A DNA stretch of 57,811 nt, the filler included, from Sphacelaria rigidula (Eukaryota): assembly GCA_964200075.2 (NCBI GenBank). It is 3 parts of 3 records of this genome, joined end to end, with 100 filler letters (N's around TTAATTAATTAA, not from the genome) between each part and the next. Parts side by side here need not be neighbours in the genome. Positions count along the whole stretch, not along the records: positions 1 to 19,214 come from CAXNAA020000715.1; 2 more parts are not named here. One strand, written 5' to 3'. Positions 1 to 13,323 of this stretch are shown piece by piece. The notes beneath the pieces are model-generated. The model searched no databases, was not told the DNA's origin, and saw only the letters and a list, made by a program, of their open reading frames with translations. The stretch's first letter is position 1, and each line of letters begins with the position of its first letter. Made by a program: the position numbers and the translations under genes.

Positions 1-127
1 CATAACTGCTTCTTTCTTCTTCACTGAAAACGCACTGCTCAGGGCAGATACCCATCGCTGGAACACAGTGCAGTTTCGTTTGTATTGCACGTTGTCCACG
101 TATCTCACGGTGTACGGTTTTTTTTTT

Positions 128-1132
128 AGGCAATGCCCTAGAAAAGGTGAACCTTCTCGTTTTTTGCCCAAGAAAGGAACGAAAAATGCCCAGAAACGCT
201 AAAATAGCCTCATACGCCATTTTTATCGTGTTCGCTCCGGGATTTTCACGCACATCATTCGGGGGGGGCATTAGCACCCGGGACTCGAAAAAAAACGGAT
301 AAAAAGCGTATTACTCGAGAGATGTGGGCACGCGAAAACGGACAAGTCGCCTCCAGAAACCGCTTACCTTATGTAGTCCATATTTCGCCGAGGTATACCT
401 GATCTAGGAATTCTTTTTCAATCGTACCTTGTCTGGGCTACCGATCGGCTGAGAACGTACCTCTCCTAAGCCATCGCTCTCTACACTGTACCGGGGAGTC
501 TCCCCGCCTACTCCAATCATGACGCCCACACATTCGGCTCTTCTCCCGCTCATTTGCCGTTCACGGTCGCCACAAGGACCACGCCCCTTTCTCCCCGGAA
601 ATGGTTCCCGAGTCTCTCCGCATCGACACAAACTGGACCCACAATTCACAACGCGTCGGTCAATTGTCGTGCGGGAGGTTGTGGGACACACCATGTTGTT
701 CCGGGTTCGGGCCTGTCGATACGGTCAAGATAGGTACTTCTGTCGCCAATGGGCGGTGGTCGCATCATTGATGGTTGCTTCAAGTAACGGATACAGTACT
801 GCCGTTCACGCATACACGAAGAGGAGTAGAACAGTAGAAGCGTTCAGCGCTACAGCACACGTGCCCCCAACGAAAACACAAACGGAACACGTGCACGGAG
901 TTGGCGGGGGGACTCCCGGGTATAGAGTTGAGAGCGCTGGCCTAGCAGAGGTTTCTTCTCGGCCGATTGGTATACCTCGGCGAAATGTGGCCTACACAAG
1001 GTATACGGGTGCTGGAGGCGACTTATCCGTTCTCGCGTGCTCGTATCTCGGGTAACACGCCTTTGATCCGTTCTTTTCCGAGTCCCGGGTGCCAATGGCA
1101 CGAGAAGGTATATCTTTTGTAGGCCATAGCCC
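128..1132. mobile_element. Fold-back non-autonomous DNA transposon with long imperfect inverted arms (PIF/Harbinger-like termini)
   Basis: Left end AGGCAATGCCCTAGAAAAGGTGAACCTTCTCGT matches the reverse complement of the right end (GGGCTATGGCCTACAAAAGATATACCTTCTCGT). Internal inverted arms pair ~360-515 with ~897-1003. It sits in a T-run and splits an older repeat. The superfamily call is inference. Confidence 0.75.
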
Positions 1133-1550
1133 TTTTTTTAAAACAGGTGTGCGCACTGCTGAGGTGTTCAAGCTGGAACCAACAATTCACTGCAATAGAC
1201 AGCAGAGCCAACAGTGCTGCAGATTCTCTGCGCTGGGTACTTTCTGTGCTGCAGATTTTCGAGAGAACAAGATCAACATCCACCACTTGTGACATGTCGC
1301 GTGCGCCGGGATGGCGAAGGAAAGTTTGGTCTGATATTGAGGTGCTGGGGATGTTCCACATTGCTATCAGGAGGGCCTGACAGATGTCGAAGGGCACAAA
1401 CATTTTCAGGGCCAGGGGTTAATGCTTGTTTCGCCGCGCCGCAAATGAAAAAACGGGAGAAAGTACAAGTCGGTCTCGTCTCGTATTTTTTTTTAAATAA
1501 CAAGCCAGGATCGCCCTTCCTGTGAGATTATCCCCGTCTTGTATTCTTTC
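1133..1550 (-). repeat. Interspersed repeat; with ~78-120 it is an inverted copy of the family at 42780-43250
   Basis: Shares blocks with the reverse complement of 42780-43250 (e.g. gccgggatggcgaag, gctggggatgttc, gaagggcacaaa, gtattgcacgttgtccac). Confidence 0.8.
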
Positions 1551-1689
1551 TCCAAATTTTTTGTGAAACAACCAACCGTACGTATCTGCAACAGTCAAGT
1601 AGGGTCGACATCCCCCATCGTATCTCCACAGTGGTACTCTTCTCTAATTGGTTGCGAGATACGAGGGGAAATGACCAACCGGAAGAAAC

Positions 1690-2190
1690 GGCGTTAGGCC
1701 CCGCCACTCGAATGTGCCATGAATCACCACGCAAATTTTGATCAACGTGTTGTAGTACTTTGACCGTTTTGCGGCGGTCTGATGGGATCCAGGTCGTTTT
1801 TCGAAGTCATCCATTCCGACTGTATTTCCATGACTTGTTTCATATTCATCGCGGACGCTCTGCCGCCGCAACCCCCGAGGAGAATCGCCACAAAGATTCA
1901 TGATGAAACTCGATTGACTGATGCTTCCATTTCCATATTCCCGTCGAAAAACGCGGCAGAAAGGGGTTATCATCCCAAAATCCAGTAGTTTGACGTTTCA
2001 CCGTGGCATGGCAAGGTCCATTGTACAAACGCGAAGTATATCATGCCGTTTGAAGAAGCTAAACGCTCCAATTTTGCACACGTGTGCTGTGGGTCATTAC
2101 GCGATTCGTATGGACCAGGGTTAAAAAACAGTTTCCGTTTAAACCGTTCTACGGGAGTCCGACAGGATCAAATCTTGACTGAAAAATCAG
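1690..2190 (+). repeat. Old diverged fragment homologous to the interior of the 1.5-kb TIR element at 32641-35887 and 53665-55189
   Basis: Collinear blocks: gggatcc..gtcgtttttcgaa, ctgatgctt, aaaatc.agtagttt, aattttgcaca..tgtgct.tgggtcattacgc, accgtt.tacggg. No TIR is visible here. Confidence 0.8.
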
Positions 2191-3797
2191 TGAGAGTCAA
2201 GGGAAGATTCTCCATCTCGAAAGGGATGTGTCCAATGGTCGAACAATTGCCGTATGGCAGGCAACACATGAGGACGCCCCTCCAAACGCTTCAACATATC
2301 CATTTCCCGATGGTGATGGCTCGCAACTCCTGTACTCTCCCGAAAACGGTGAGACACAATTCTTCCGCTATTCCAGCCCGACGAAACTCGACCGGTCTAC
2401 CACCGTCCGCATGCGTTGATTCAGCTTGGACAACCAGGCCATCAGCGGGCCACCTTCGTTGGTGTTTCCGTCGGAATCTGGTGAGATGTCTGCAAGTAAA
2501 GCCGTCTTCAGCCAATGTGACCTCTCAATACCTCTGAAATCAAGAACGCTATCTTTCGATGCATGTGAAACTGGCGGCTCCTTGGGAATAGCACGTCGAG
2601 CAACTGTAGCGACGTTCGCGATGCTTGATCGGCCCATCAGGACGAGATGAAGCTGCCGGTTCCTGCACCTTCTTCTCCATCGGCTCCCGTGCCTCCACGA
2701 CGACGGCGTGTATCATCGGTATATCGTCGGCGACCGTTCGGTCCGTTCCTTTATCACAATCGACGTTTACTCCAACAAATTCGGCGAAGGTGTTCACCTG
2801 TCGACGACGTTCACAGAAACCGGGAGCGCAACAATGAACACCACGAAAACCTACACTGGGGCTGAGCCGAGTAGCAACTGTCCAATCCACCAAGAGCTCG
2901 CACGTCATTCATCACCGTCAATTTTGTTCACGGTCGCGACGAACGGGTGTTTATGGGACAGTTCGCCGACATGCCTACTGCCTTAGCGTTGACCCACGGA
3001 CATCTCCAGGAGCCCAAATCAACATAAGCGGGAGAGGAGAACGCTCGTTGTGTTGAGCACGGGAAGTAAAAATATGAGACTAATATCCCAGTCCCGTTTG
3101 TCCTGGTGCCAAATTCTCACGTTCGAAGCATCATCCACAAGTGCCATCGTGGAACAGACGTTTGTGGCTTGATGACTTGCAAATATTTGTATGGAAACAA
3201 ACACACACACTAATTCGAACGAGTATTTTCGACGACAAAAATGGCGATCAGATACACACAACTGTCGGCACTAGCAGCCGCGCTTCACTTCACGTGTTCC
3301 GGAAAAGCCAACTGCTACTGAATTTTCGAGTCATAAGAAAGAAACCTGGGCGACACAACAGCAGCCGCCGCAACACGGCCTAGCATAAGACATTACACGG
3401 AATTGAGTGTCGCTCCAATTTGCTAGCAAGTACCGTTTCAAAGTAGATGTCGACAGCGTTCGACCCGCCGAGTACACATCAGGAAGTGTGACCACTCACC
3501 CTTTCACACGGCGGTTCCTATATTTACTGACACTCTTTGCTCTTCGCAGGTCATGGCAGACGAACACACCAATGATTTGGCAGAACTCTGTGGCAGATAG
3601 ACCTGCGTGGAATCTACACAATTAGACATGGTTCCAACACCGCACAATTATCAGAAGGATCTGAAGAGTGTGCTTGCTTTTGTCTGCAGGTGACGGAATT
3701 CTCGGCCCAGTACAGTAGCACTCCAATTGACTCCTCACCTCCAACACCTCATCAGACACGAGTTCGCTTTTCCGATACCTCCCCCAGATAGTGATAC

Positions 3798-4620
3798 GTG
3801 TACTCATTCCACCCGCTCATCAGCAGTTACGTCCATATCGCTTGTAGAGACCAACACAATCCTTCCTCATCTCCCTCGTACAAGATATCCACCGACGGGT
3901 TGTTCCAACCATCACTCGAGTCGCTCCGTAGGAACGGATCCCCTACAGAGTTGGCATTAGTTGACAATGACGTTGTTGATCACGTCTGTCGCCACTTGTC
4001 AACCACGTTACCGTTTGTTTTGCGGTCACCATCACTTGGCAACAGGATATGATCATTACTTTGCCAGTTCGACTTCCTCACGTAGTTCTTTTCTCGATAC
4101 CACTCCGGACGAAATCGCTCGAGCTCATCACGCCGTCGGAGAACTGCAAAACGCGCGTTAAACAGGGTACACGACGAGTTAGGTTTTCCATCAAGGTGGA
4201 AAACAAACATGTTTACACCCTCAGAACAATTCGCTCAAGTAGCCCGGCTCACGATTGTTCCAATACAGATATTTTCGTTAGTCCGCGGTTTCACCGTGAG
4301 GATCAGGATCCAGCGAACCCGAGAGTAGAAACGCCTCTGTCCCTGCACGACAGCAACAGCCACGGTGATGGATTGCGGATGCGTCTCGGCCACAGCACAG
4401 ATATGAGCAGCGGGCGCTCGGAGAATCTGCAACATAGCCATTGGCTTACCGGCATCCACAGAGAACACAACTTGGAATACGATCTTGTGTTCTCCGTCAG
4501 CGAGGTGTGCGAGATATTCCGTCTTCAAACGGGAGTAAAACAATCATGTGGCGTCTACAATTCTCGTACCAGTGAATGATGACAAAGACGAATACGAGAG
4601 ATTACGGTGATGGCATGCAA
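3798..4620 (+). pseudogene. Frameshifted pseudo-ORF with weak Ulp1/SENP (C48) protease-like motifs
   Basis: Motifs in order: LVDNDVVDHVC (cf. WLNDxVID), VRFSIKVENKHVYTL (cf. IPIxxxxHWxL), HDCS or LHDS (cf. YDS), QTGVKQSCGVY (cf. QxNxxDCGVF). The motifs span two frames and the spacing is imperfect. Confidence 0.3.
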
Positions 4621-7600
4621 ACTCATGCCACGAATGTGCTCTGTGTGAGGGTTTGTTCTTCCTAAAAAGCGAATTCCTCATAGGGATCTCTTCCAGATAT
4701 TTTTGAACAAGTAAACCGATTTTCATCATCGCACATGCCGACATATATGAGCAACAGCCGAAACAAAATATTTGGAACATCGAAGTGTGATGACGTGGTA
4801 CGAGACACTCGATAACGGCGTGTCGACGTCATGTACGTCCTAAAAGTCGGCATACTCACCTCTGACATGCGGCAAGGCGGCAGCATCGAAATCGGACAAA
4901 CCGACTCCACAAACTTTCCTCTTCGTGAATTGCCGATCCACGAGAACAAGTCCATGTCACACCCAATCGGCGAACGACTCCCTCGTTGTGTGCCACTTCT
5001 TTGCTGCATGATCACCGGTCGTGGAAGCCTGTACTAGGGAAATTTCATCTGCCTCCCTTCGCCATTTCCCGTTGAGGAGTCGATACGGGTGTCACCACCA
5101 ACGGCTTCCCTGCACACCTGATAGCATAATTGAAGAACGGTGTGGGAGTTCGCGTCGCGTAATAAACCACACGGATTCTCGGGCTTCCCACAGGTCAGCG
5201 TCACAGGTTGACAATCGTACACAGTCTTCCATCGTTGCCCACGCGGGCGCACTCGGTATCTGATGCTGCCTCGTCCTACAGTGTGCATTACCGTCAAACA
5301 ATCCACGTGTTGGTGGCGGGTGTCGACAGAAGGTCTTTAAGCGGTGTATCCACATTTTTGTCACCAACGAAGGAGAGTGTGGCACATCATGCCCTGCTTT
5401 TGGTTACAGGATGCGTCCCAGTCATGCACAATATCACACAGCCCTTCCGAAGCCCACCGTCCTCCGACAGTGGGAGCTTCAGATTTTGACAACAGGTGCA
5501 TGTCCCAGGGCATACTCTCATGGCTGCGTTCTAGATATTATTTCGTATCGATTTCAGAGGAGTGTTCTCATTTCCTTCGACATCATGGTGGACGGGCACA
5601 ATATACGAAACTACGGCAAATGGAAATAAAAAGACTCGTCCGACATCATTGCAAAATAAAATTCTACACGCTCCCATGAGAGGTGGCACAAGTGGTTCCG
5701 ATTTTGCTCAACATGGTTCAATAAACCACAAGGAGGAAAAACGAGAGTAGTGGGCTGAAAGTCCTCATCAAGGTAGGATTGCTCCTCTTCACCCGGCAAT
5801 CAAAACACCTCGACGCGTGCATACTTCGGGCGATAGTCCGCAATATCATCAAGAGTTTACGATTGCTCTCAAGACACGAGCCACACCTCCTACTAAAAAA
5901 TATCGTTTCTACACGGACGAGGGCACCTTTCCGTCAGTAAAAAATTAGAGTGTCATACAAGCTTGGTCGGTCCTCACTGGGATAGGACAGCTTTCTTCCT
6001 TCATTCGGAAAGCCCTTGCACAATGTTGACAGCCAACGTGAGTGTCGCGTCAGCCGCCCGCGCGCCAACACATCTTGACGACGGATATGAATACCGTACA
6101 GACTTGTTTCACTCCCAGAAAATAACCATGGTCCACGGGTGGTGGCTGTGGTTTTGGTCGTGTTACACACGAGGGCTGACGCTCCTCGTTGATAAAAAAA
6201 CTTGCGACTCACGGACGGCGTTTCCAGAAGCAAATCCCCGTGTTTGTAGTCGGTCGGCCTCCACATTGAAATCAAAGTAACCGGCGCGGGGCAAGGGAGA
6301 CTATCGTTTCATCAGCTTGCAATCTTTTTCACTCGAAAGTCGGAGTGAGATTTGTGAGTATTACTCGTCATGTGCAGCGGCGTGATTTCAGGCATGAATA
6401 TATTGATCGATTTTCGGCACGTGAAACAGAGTAGTGAAACCCAACGACTGCGCATTGATCACGAAACAGGGGGTTGTTGTGGAGACAACCAACCGCAAAA
6501 GTTCCACTTCTGTTTCGTTTGCTGAAAAATTCGGAATCATCGACACCAAATATGAAGATACGTACCCGGTCTAGTAGCTGAACCTCGCATCGTGGTTCTC
6601 GACATCTTGATGACCCTTCTCCGACGACTCCGCAAACAGTGTGCATGAGGTTTTTCACGGCAACCGTTTCCTACAAACAGGCAACAGGTGTGAAACAAGA
6701 TCCAAGTTATACACGCTCGACGACTTCCAGTCCAACGAACATCTGTTGACGGGCCACACGCAAGTTTACCACGTCCAACATAGTAAATCTGAGGGAACAC
6801 GTTGTATGAGATTCATTATATCAGCCGAGTGGATTATTCATGGGAAAATGCAAGAGGACTTGATTCGTCACACGCGCGCCCACCTCACGCACACAAGCGG
6901 TACGCACTTTCACGGATTCAGTTGATAGCGCCTACAGTCCAAGCGCGAGGCAGGCGGGTGCAACCCCATTCGTCGTCTTTAGTTTTCTGTCTTGTCTCGC
7001 CTACAGGTCTCGGGTTAGATGTGGACGGAAATAATTGCGGGCACCCTTCCCTCCGTCCATCAATGGTTACCAGGAACGGATCCAAGCTCATCGCACTCAC
7101 CACAAATAAATGTTGAAGTAGCAAGAAACAATATCCTCAAAATTCCTATGACGATCGCCCGGAAGTGTACGGACGACGGTCTCAAACATTCGAGGTGACA
7201 TCAAGTCTCATTAGAGACTATGTCGTCAATGTAGGCATGCGTTCGTTTTTTGTGGAGGTGAACTGCGTACAGTTTGACTTTTGCGGAGTCAACACAGCCA
7301 CCGCTGCTCTTGCCATATGGTCCAACTAGAGGATAACCAAAACTAGACGAGTGATGATGTCGTCGACAGACGGAGACTGCATGGTCTACGACACTTCTAG
7401 CAAAAATCACATCAAAATTGGGTAGGGTTTATCAACTGCGACCTTTCCCGCATGCATCTTCGAGGTAATTCTTTGATACGGAGGTGGTTCAACCAGCGAT
7501 AATCAAGTTCGTCAGACGTGTATGTTGCATGGAACATAGATTGCTTCCTCGAGGACACGAACTCAGCTCGATAGCGAAGTAGGACCAGCTGTCAAAAATC

Positions 7601-9444
7601 TACAGACACCTTGACTGTACCTGCTTCTCAGTTCCAGTCGGGTCCATATACCACCGGTGAACAGTGCAAAAGGCATACCAACCGGAAGCCGCTGCAGGCT
7701 GGAGCTCGACACCGCTGTCACTTCAGCATATCTTGACGCTCGTCACCTGATACGTACTCCAGGCACTCGACCAGTTTCCCTTCCCGAGACTGGGCCTGCA
7801 AAACGCCAAAATTGCACAGCAAGTGTCGGAAGAAGAAACCCGGATCCCATCATTGTAGACCGGCGACCGCCACTTCTGGCGGCGACCACCGCTCCCGCCG
7901 CCACTGCAGCGGAGGTTCACCGCTCCATGTATTTCCCGTGTTTACATCAACAGCAGTGGCGAGCGTGGGTGGGACAACTACCGCAGCGGTGGTGGAAGCT
8001 ATAGCCGACGTGTCGTTTCAGTAGTGGATCAGATGTTGACCACAATACTTGGCATTTCCCACTCCAGCTAATTCGTGTACTCTTCACGTCGTCAGTGGTA
8101 GCATCACATTACGAGCGGTATCCACCCATGTGGCCACCTCGACTCGCGGCGAAGCGGCACGACGTCGGCCGAAGACCCATGCCCCGCGACCTAGAGGCAC
8201 TGACTACGGGCTTTGAACATATATGTGTTTCATGATGAGAAATGTCGGCGTCGGCTTCGGCACTCGGCCAAACGAGACAAGACTTTTCAGTCCCGTCTCA
8301 TGAAGGTGCCGCGTGACCAGCGCCCCCCGCGAGATCCACACCGCCTTTGCAGGCGAAGCTTTCCGGGACTTGGTTTTCATGTCTCCCCGAGTTTGACAAC
8401 CACCAGGTCACAAGACATAGCGTGAGCGATCAAGCTCACGCAAGGCCATGGCGGACAACACTGCCGGGGAGGTCATCGACTGTGGACAAATCCGAGATGT
8501 ATTCGGTCCGTGATCATTCAACGTCGAGGGTAGCTCATCTACAAGATAAGGTGTGTCAGCAGCCAAAAATAATTCTGTCCAACCGTACACTCGTGCTTGC
8601 CTGCTCGATATTGTTGCTGTGACGTCGAAAGACTTGTCTGGAGCGGCGGAAAAAAGAAGCCTCAGTGACACAGGAAGGTTGTTAACATTCCCCATCAACG
8701 TGTCTCACCCGAAGGCTAGCACTGTCATACGGAAACCTGTTTCTTCATCATTAGCTCAACCTTTGTCACCGATAGACGCAAAACTGAAACCAATAATTCC
8801 TTTTTGTTGTACGTACGCTGAAGAGCACAGAAGGGAAAAGCAGTAGAGTGTGAGTGATCCTCGACTCTCGTGGGTACTTGTTTCCCTGTGGTTGTGTGTG
8901 AACCCGGGATTTCTTGTTAGTGATTCCCAAGTCTCCCATCATGGTTTCACGCGCGGGAGATTTTGCCCCTTCCGTGTTTGCCGCAAAATGTATGCTCTCC
9001 GGGAGAGTGAGGTCGTCCAAGCGGCCGCTGCAGTCACAGCTTCACAACAAACTGGTATGTGTCGGTACATACTCCTGTCGTGGAAGGGTCACTCAGCGAA
9101 TGTTATCTACACAGGTGTTCAGGCTCATGAGTGTTTCGAAGCATCCTCGTGGGTATTTCGAAATCCACTACGCAGTACCAGAGAAAATCTGGGAACTTGC
9201 GGCGTACTCATTTCGATCACAGTTGATAATTTTTCATCCAAGCTTCCGACTACATCTTCCGACAGTGTGGGGTCGCCCTAGCGGTCGTAGCGGCCACCGC
9301 AATCGCAGTCAACTGTTTCCATCAGTGTGGGTCACGTACGGTGACGCACTGTGCACGAGGTCACTCAGCGAATGTTTTCAACACAGATTTTCAGGCTCAT
9401 AACCGTTTCGATGCATCCCCGTGACCCCTCCTGTCTCAAGTCTG

Positions 9445-10320
9445 CTACATCCGAATGGAACCTGTGAACTTGCGGCATGTATTAACCGCGCATGCAGATA
9501 CCAGCTGTGTGACAACGCGGTCGCCACCACCGTTCGCCTTTGTATACTGTTTACATCCGTCGTCTGCTACACAATTCCCAATCGATGAATATGTGATGAA
9601 ATGACCGATCTGTCTCAAATTCATCGCTTGATTGGTGGTCGCACTTGAGCGCACCCCTTACATGTCCAGCCGTGGTCGCATGATGACGTACTCAAGAGAA
9701 GCGGGAACACTCCCTGAATCTGTTTCGAGTTTCGAGAAATTTACGATGCCAGTGCGATTGCTTCCACGGAGAGCAACGATACGTACCTGGTCAAAGCAAC
9801 GCAACAGCTTTGTTGCACCCATAGATGGAGTGATAGCAACTTCCGTAAGCCTTGCCCCACGTCCCGCAGCAAGAGCTCGAGAGAGATACTTCTTGCCGGT
9901 ACCATGGTGTTGGACGACTAGCGATGGCCACCCCATGGCTACACACGTGTCTGTTCTCACTGATCTGCACGTCCCCCGACGGTACAACCGGCCCTCCTAG
10001 GTGTCCCCATCTACACTGCAGACTGGGATCGCCTCGGGGAACGTCTCTCGATCCGCACGCGTCATACCGCGTTGGACGTACCAAGTATCCATCAACCGCG
10101 GCTGCCATGCTTCTCCACCCATGGCGACCTCATCCGAGTCATGTCCAACGGGTCGCGTTGTCTCCTGTTCGCGAGTCATGAGTTCACACCATCTGGACAC
10201 GTCGCGAAGATTGTTCATCTCCTCAAAAGAACCCATCGCGTCCGTACGGGCTGACTTTCATGGTATCTTGCCGTACCCGCCTGCTCCGGATACACGACAA
10301 GCGGGAACGATGGTGCGAAA
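9445..10320 (-). pseudogene. Decayed coding region of unknown product
   Basis: Track ORFs 9997-10236, 9658-9987 and 9445-9654 are in the same minus frame, separated only by single stop codons. The translation is protein-like but no family was recognised. Confidence 0.4.
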
Positions 10321-13178
10321 TGGTCAGCAGCGGTGACCACATGAGATATGACCGGCACGTGCGCACCTCATGTAGCGTTGAAGGCACGGGAGAGCAAACG
10401 GCGTGCAGGTACCGAGTGAAGAGTGGGCGCGGGTATGACTCTTCGAAGTGATGTCGAGAACAAGGGACCACTTCACACCCCATACAATATTTTTGTGAAG
10501 AGTTTGCGTTGTGCTAGACTGAAAATATACTGCGTATTTGTCAGATCGTGGACGGCATGTCGGAGATCAAGGTCCACGTGGAGGGGCTGCTGAGTCGCCT
10601 GAGCAAAGGGACAAAACGCCCGATTGGAATCGAGCAGTTGCTGCGACTCCAGCCCTACACGACTCGAGAGTTGACGCGAACGAATAGTTCAAGTGAAGGT
10701 ATGACTCTACGAAGACTTGGGTGCTGAAGGGCCATGGTGAAAGACCAAAACGCGGAAAAAGACTGTGTGCAATCTCGTGTCGAGAGTATGTTCTGGGTTG
10801 ATACAAATATGATCAAGGCTGCGATTATGTGGACTCTTCTTCGGCTCATTCCGGGGGGGAGGGAGGGGGGGTTACCTCACCTGTTGAAATGGATCATGCG
10901 CGCAAGTAACGATGTCGCCCCAGTCGCCGCTGCCTCACCGCCAGCGACAAAATCGTCGTCTCCGGGGCCATTGGCCGTGAAATCTGCACGACGGGAGGCT
11001 CGGGCTCGTGATGACGCCGGCAACCTGTTCGCCGCAATGTACAATAAATCTCGGGGTGTCACGGGTCCAGGGACACCTGTCTGAAGTTCACGACGAAACA
11101 TTTGACGTTGCAGGTTTACCTCTCCACTGTGAGAAATTATTCTAGGCTCCTTCCCTTTTCACCCACGTTCACCACGCGCCCTTGCCACCGGTGTTTTATT
11201 GAAGCTAGGGACTGCACCTGTTCGTCGACGAGACCATGTACAAGATCGCCGTCGACTCCACTCTTCGAGTGATCGACGGGGCAAGGAGGCAGACCTCGGG
11301 TGCAGGCGTAACTTTACGTTCGCTTCAAAATTCTTTCTCGCACCCGTGAATAATTCGTTGACCTCTCAGGACCATGGGGATCGGTCAAGAGGGAGATGCC
11401 GATATGCGTCATCCTATATATTTTACTCACGAACCGCCAATTTTCAGCGGTGGAAAGAAGGGCCAGTACCCCTGTGCATTAGAGTAGAAGCTTTCACCGC
11501 CCGACACTCGCCGACGATCATCGTACACCTATTACAGCAGTACGTGAAATTAAAACTGTGACCAGTCGGGAGTTGTCAGATATTGAAAATCCAACGAGAC
11601 AGTACCTTGCACCACGATGGATAGATATTACGCCAGGCAGAAGATTCGCGTATAAACTTTCTCCCCGAAGACAACAGGGCAGGCTTACCTGGACAATCAT
11701 AATCAAACCAGAGACGTCCAGGTTCTTGGTAAAGGACGAATCGCGCACTTCGCCGGCATTTCCATGAGCATGAACTGCTCATGCCACATGGCACCGCTGA
11801 AATTATCGGGCCCGTTGTCGCAATTCAGACACTAGTTTGTCCCGACCGCGCAGGGGACGGACGCCTCCGAGTGAATCTGCTGCTCCCGTGTCCTGGTGGC
11901 AATTCACAATGTGCATCCTAGTGAAATAAAATGTACAGGAGCGTGTACCCGGTACAGTCATTCATCGTATTTCCATGAAATGAAAATCCAAAATGCTACA
12001 ATTGAGCACCAAGATGGAGAGTTTCCGCATGCGCCTGTCCAGCAACGGTTAAACGCCACATTGCCAAGCATCACCACACAGTTATTTCTATGCGCCCACA
12101 CTTCAATGTTCACGATTCAGTTTCATTCATGATATAAAATATTTCACTGATTTTCGTAGTGAACAAAACCTTCAACTGTTTGAGCCGTGGACGGAAGTAG
12201 GGGCGATATCATGGATCCGTCCCGGACGCAAACCTGCCGATTGAGAAATCAACTCTCATATTCGGCGTCCGTCATTCGAGGACGAACTTTCGATACTTCT
12301 GATTCTCAACATGATCATTCGAGGATGAACTTTCATGAGGGATTGGCTTCAAAATTAGGGGATTATATGCCCGGCCATCACCTCAATTTTGGTATCGAAT
12401 CATCACGACAATCATCACGACAGGTGGACGGTCAAGTTGAAGTTCGATTCGGTTTATCATCGCCAGGCTCCTGCATCTGCATCTACTCTGGGGGCGAAAG
12501 TGTTCGGCGTCGCCACGATTCCGAGTAGACGGGAACACCTTGCGACAGCCACTCTGCAAACCAAGGCAATGTCTTACACCCGGGTGTTGACGTGACGGAA
12601 TTATTTTCAAGTTCTAGTCCGCGTCATATGCGAGGGACATATTGATTGCGTTCGGGGTACCGACGGTCTGCATGTGCTGTAGAAGGGCTCCGCTAATGAG
12701 ATTCCAATTTGTACGTCCACAATGTCGACGTTCACTACAACGGTCTCGGGAAAATCAAATGATGGCATCACTGCCCTTCGGTGAGGCAGACCAAGAGGGG
12801 CTGCGCGACCGACATCTAAACGTTTGATTTAGCCGCTCAGCAGTGCTCAAGAGTAGGCTTTCGGCGGCCACCATCAGATGCCCTAGTGTGAGCAAATCAG
12901 GCCTTATCAGGCACTAGTTGTGCCACACAAAAATCGTCCTAATCAACTTCTAGGCGGCTCAGGAAAATGATGAGATTCGAATGCGGGTTTGTCCCCAGCA
13001 CAAAACGCACTACACGCTCCGTATGCGGATGTCCCTAACTTTTCACATCATTGCAGCCCAGATGCACATGGCGGAATCTGACCTAGGGAAAATCTCACCC
13101 CCCAAGAAAATCAACGTTCACCGCGATTTTCCGTGATGAGCGAAAAAAGAGACACCATGTGTACGTAACCACTGACCC

Positions 13179-13323
13179 GGTCATAGCCACACCCCGAAAA
13201 CCGGCGTCCTGCTCCATGCCTTCCAGCATCTTCTTCATCAGCTTCAGCTGCACGACCCCACCCAGATCATCCATGGCATCTCCAGCGTCTGTTGCACGTA
13301 GTGCGGCGTCGGCACTGTACAGG
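13179..13323 (-). pseudogene. Exon-like segment of an unidentified spliced gene
   Basis: Acceptor ccttccag, then GC3-rich open frame LYSADAALRATDAGDAMDDLGGVVQLKLMKKMLEGMEQDAGFRGVAMT, then a possible donor GG|gtcagt. The 3' boundary is approximate. Confidence 0.4.

Noticed and set aside
1965-2000. Kinase-like VKLLDFG on the minus strand
   Set aside because: It lies in sequence homologous to a non-coding TIR element interior, and no other kinase motifs are present.
5208-5800. Long stop-interrupted plus frame as a 2OG-Fe(II)/TET-JBP dioxygenase remnant
   Set aside because: It has QQVH and a distal H but no HxD motif. It may be decayed coding sequence, but the family call is unsupported.
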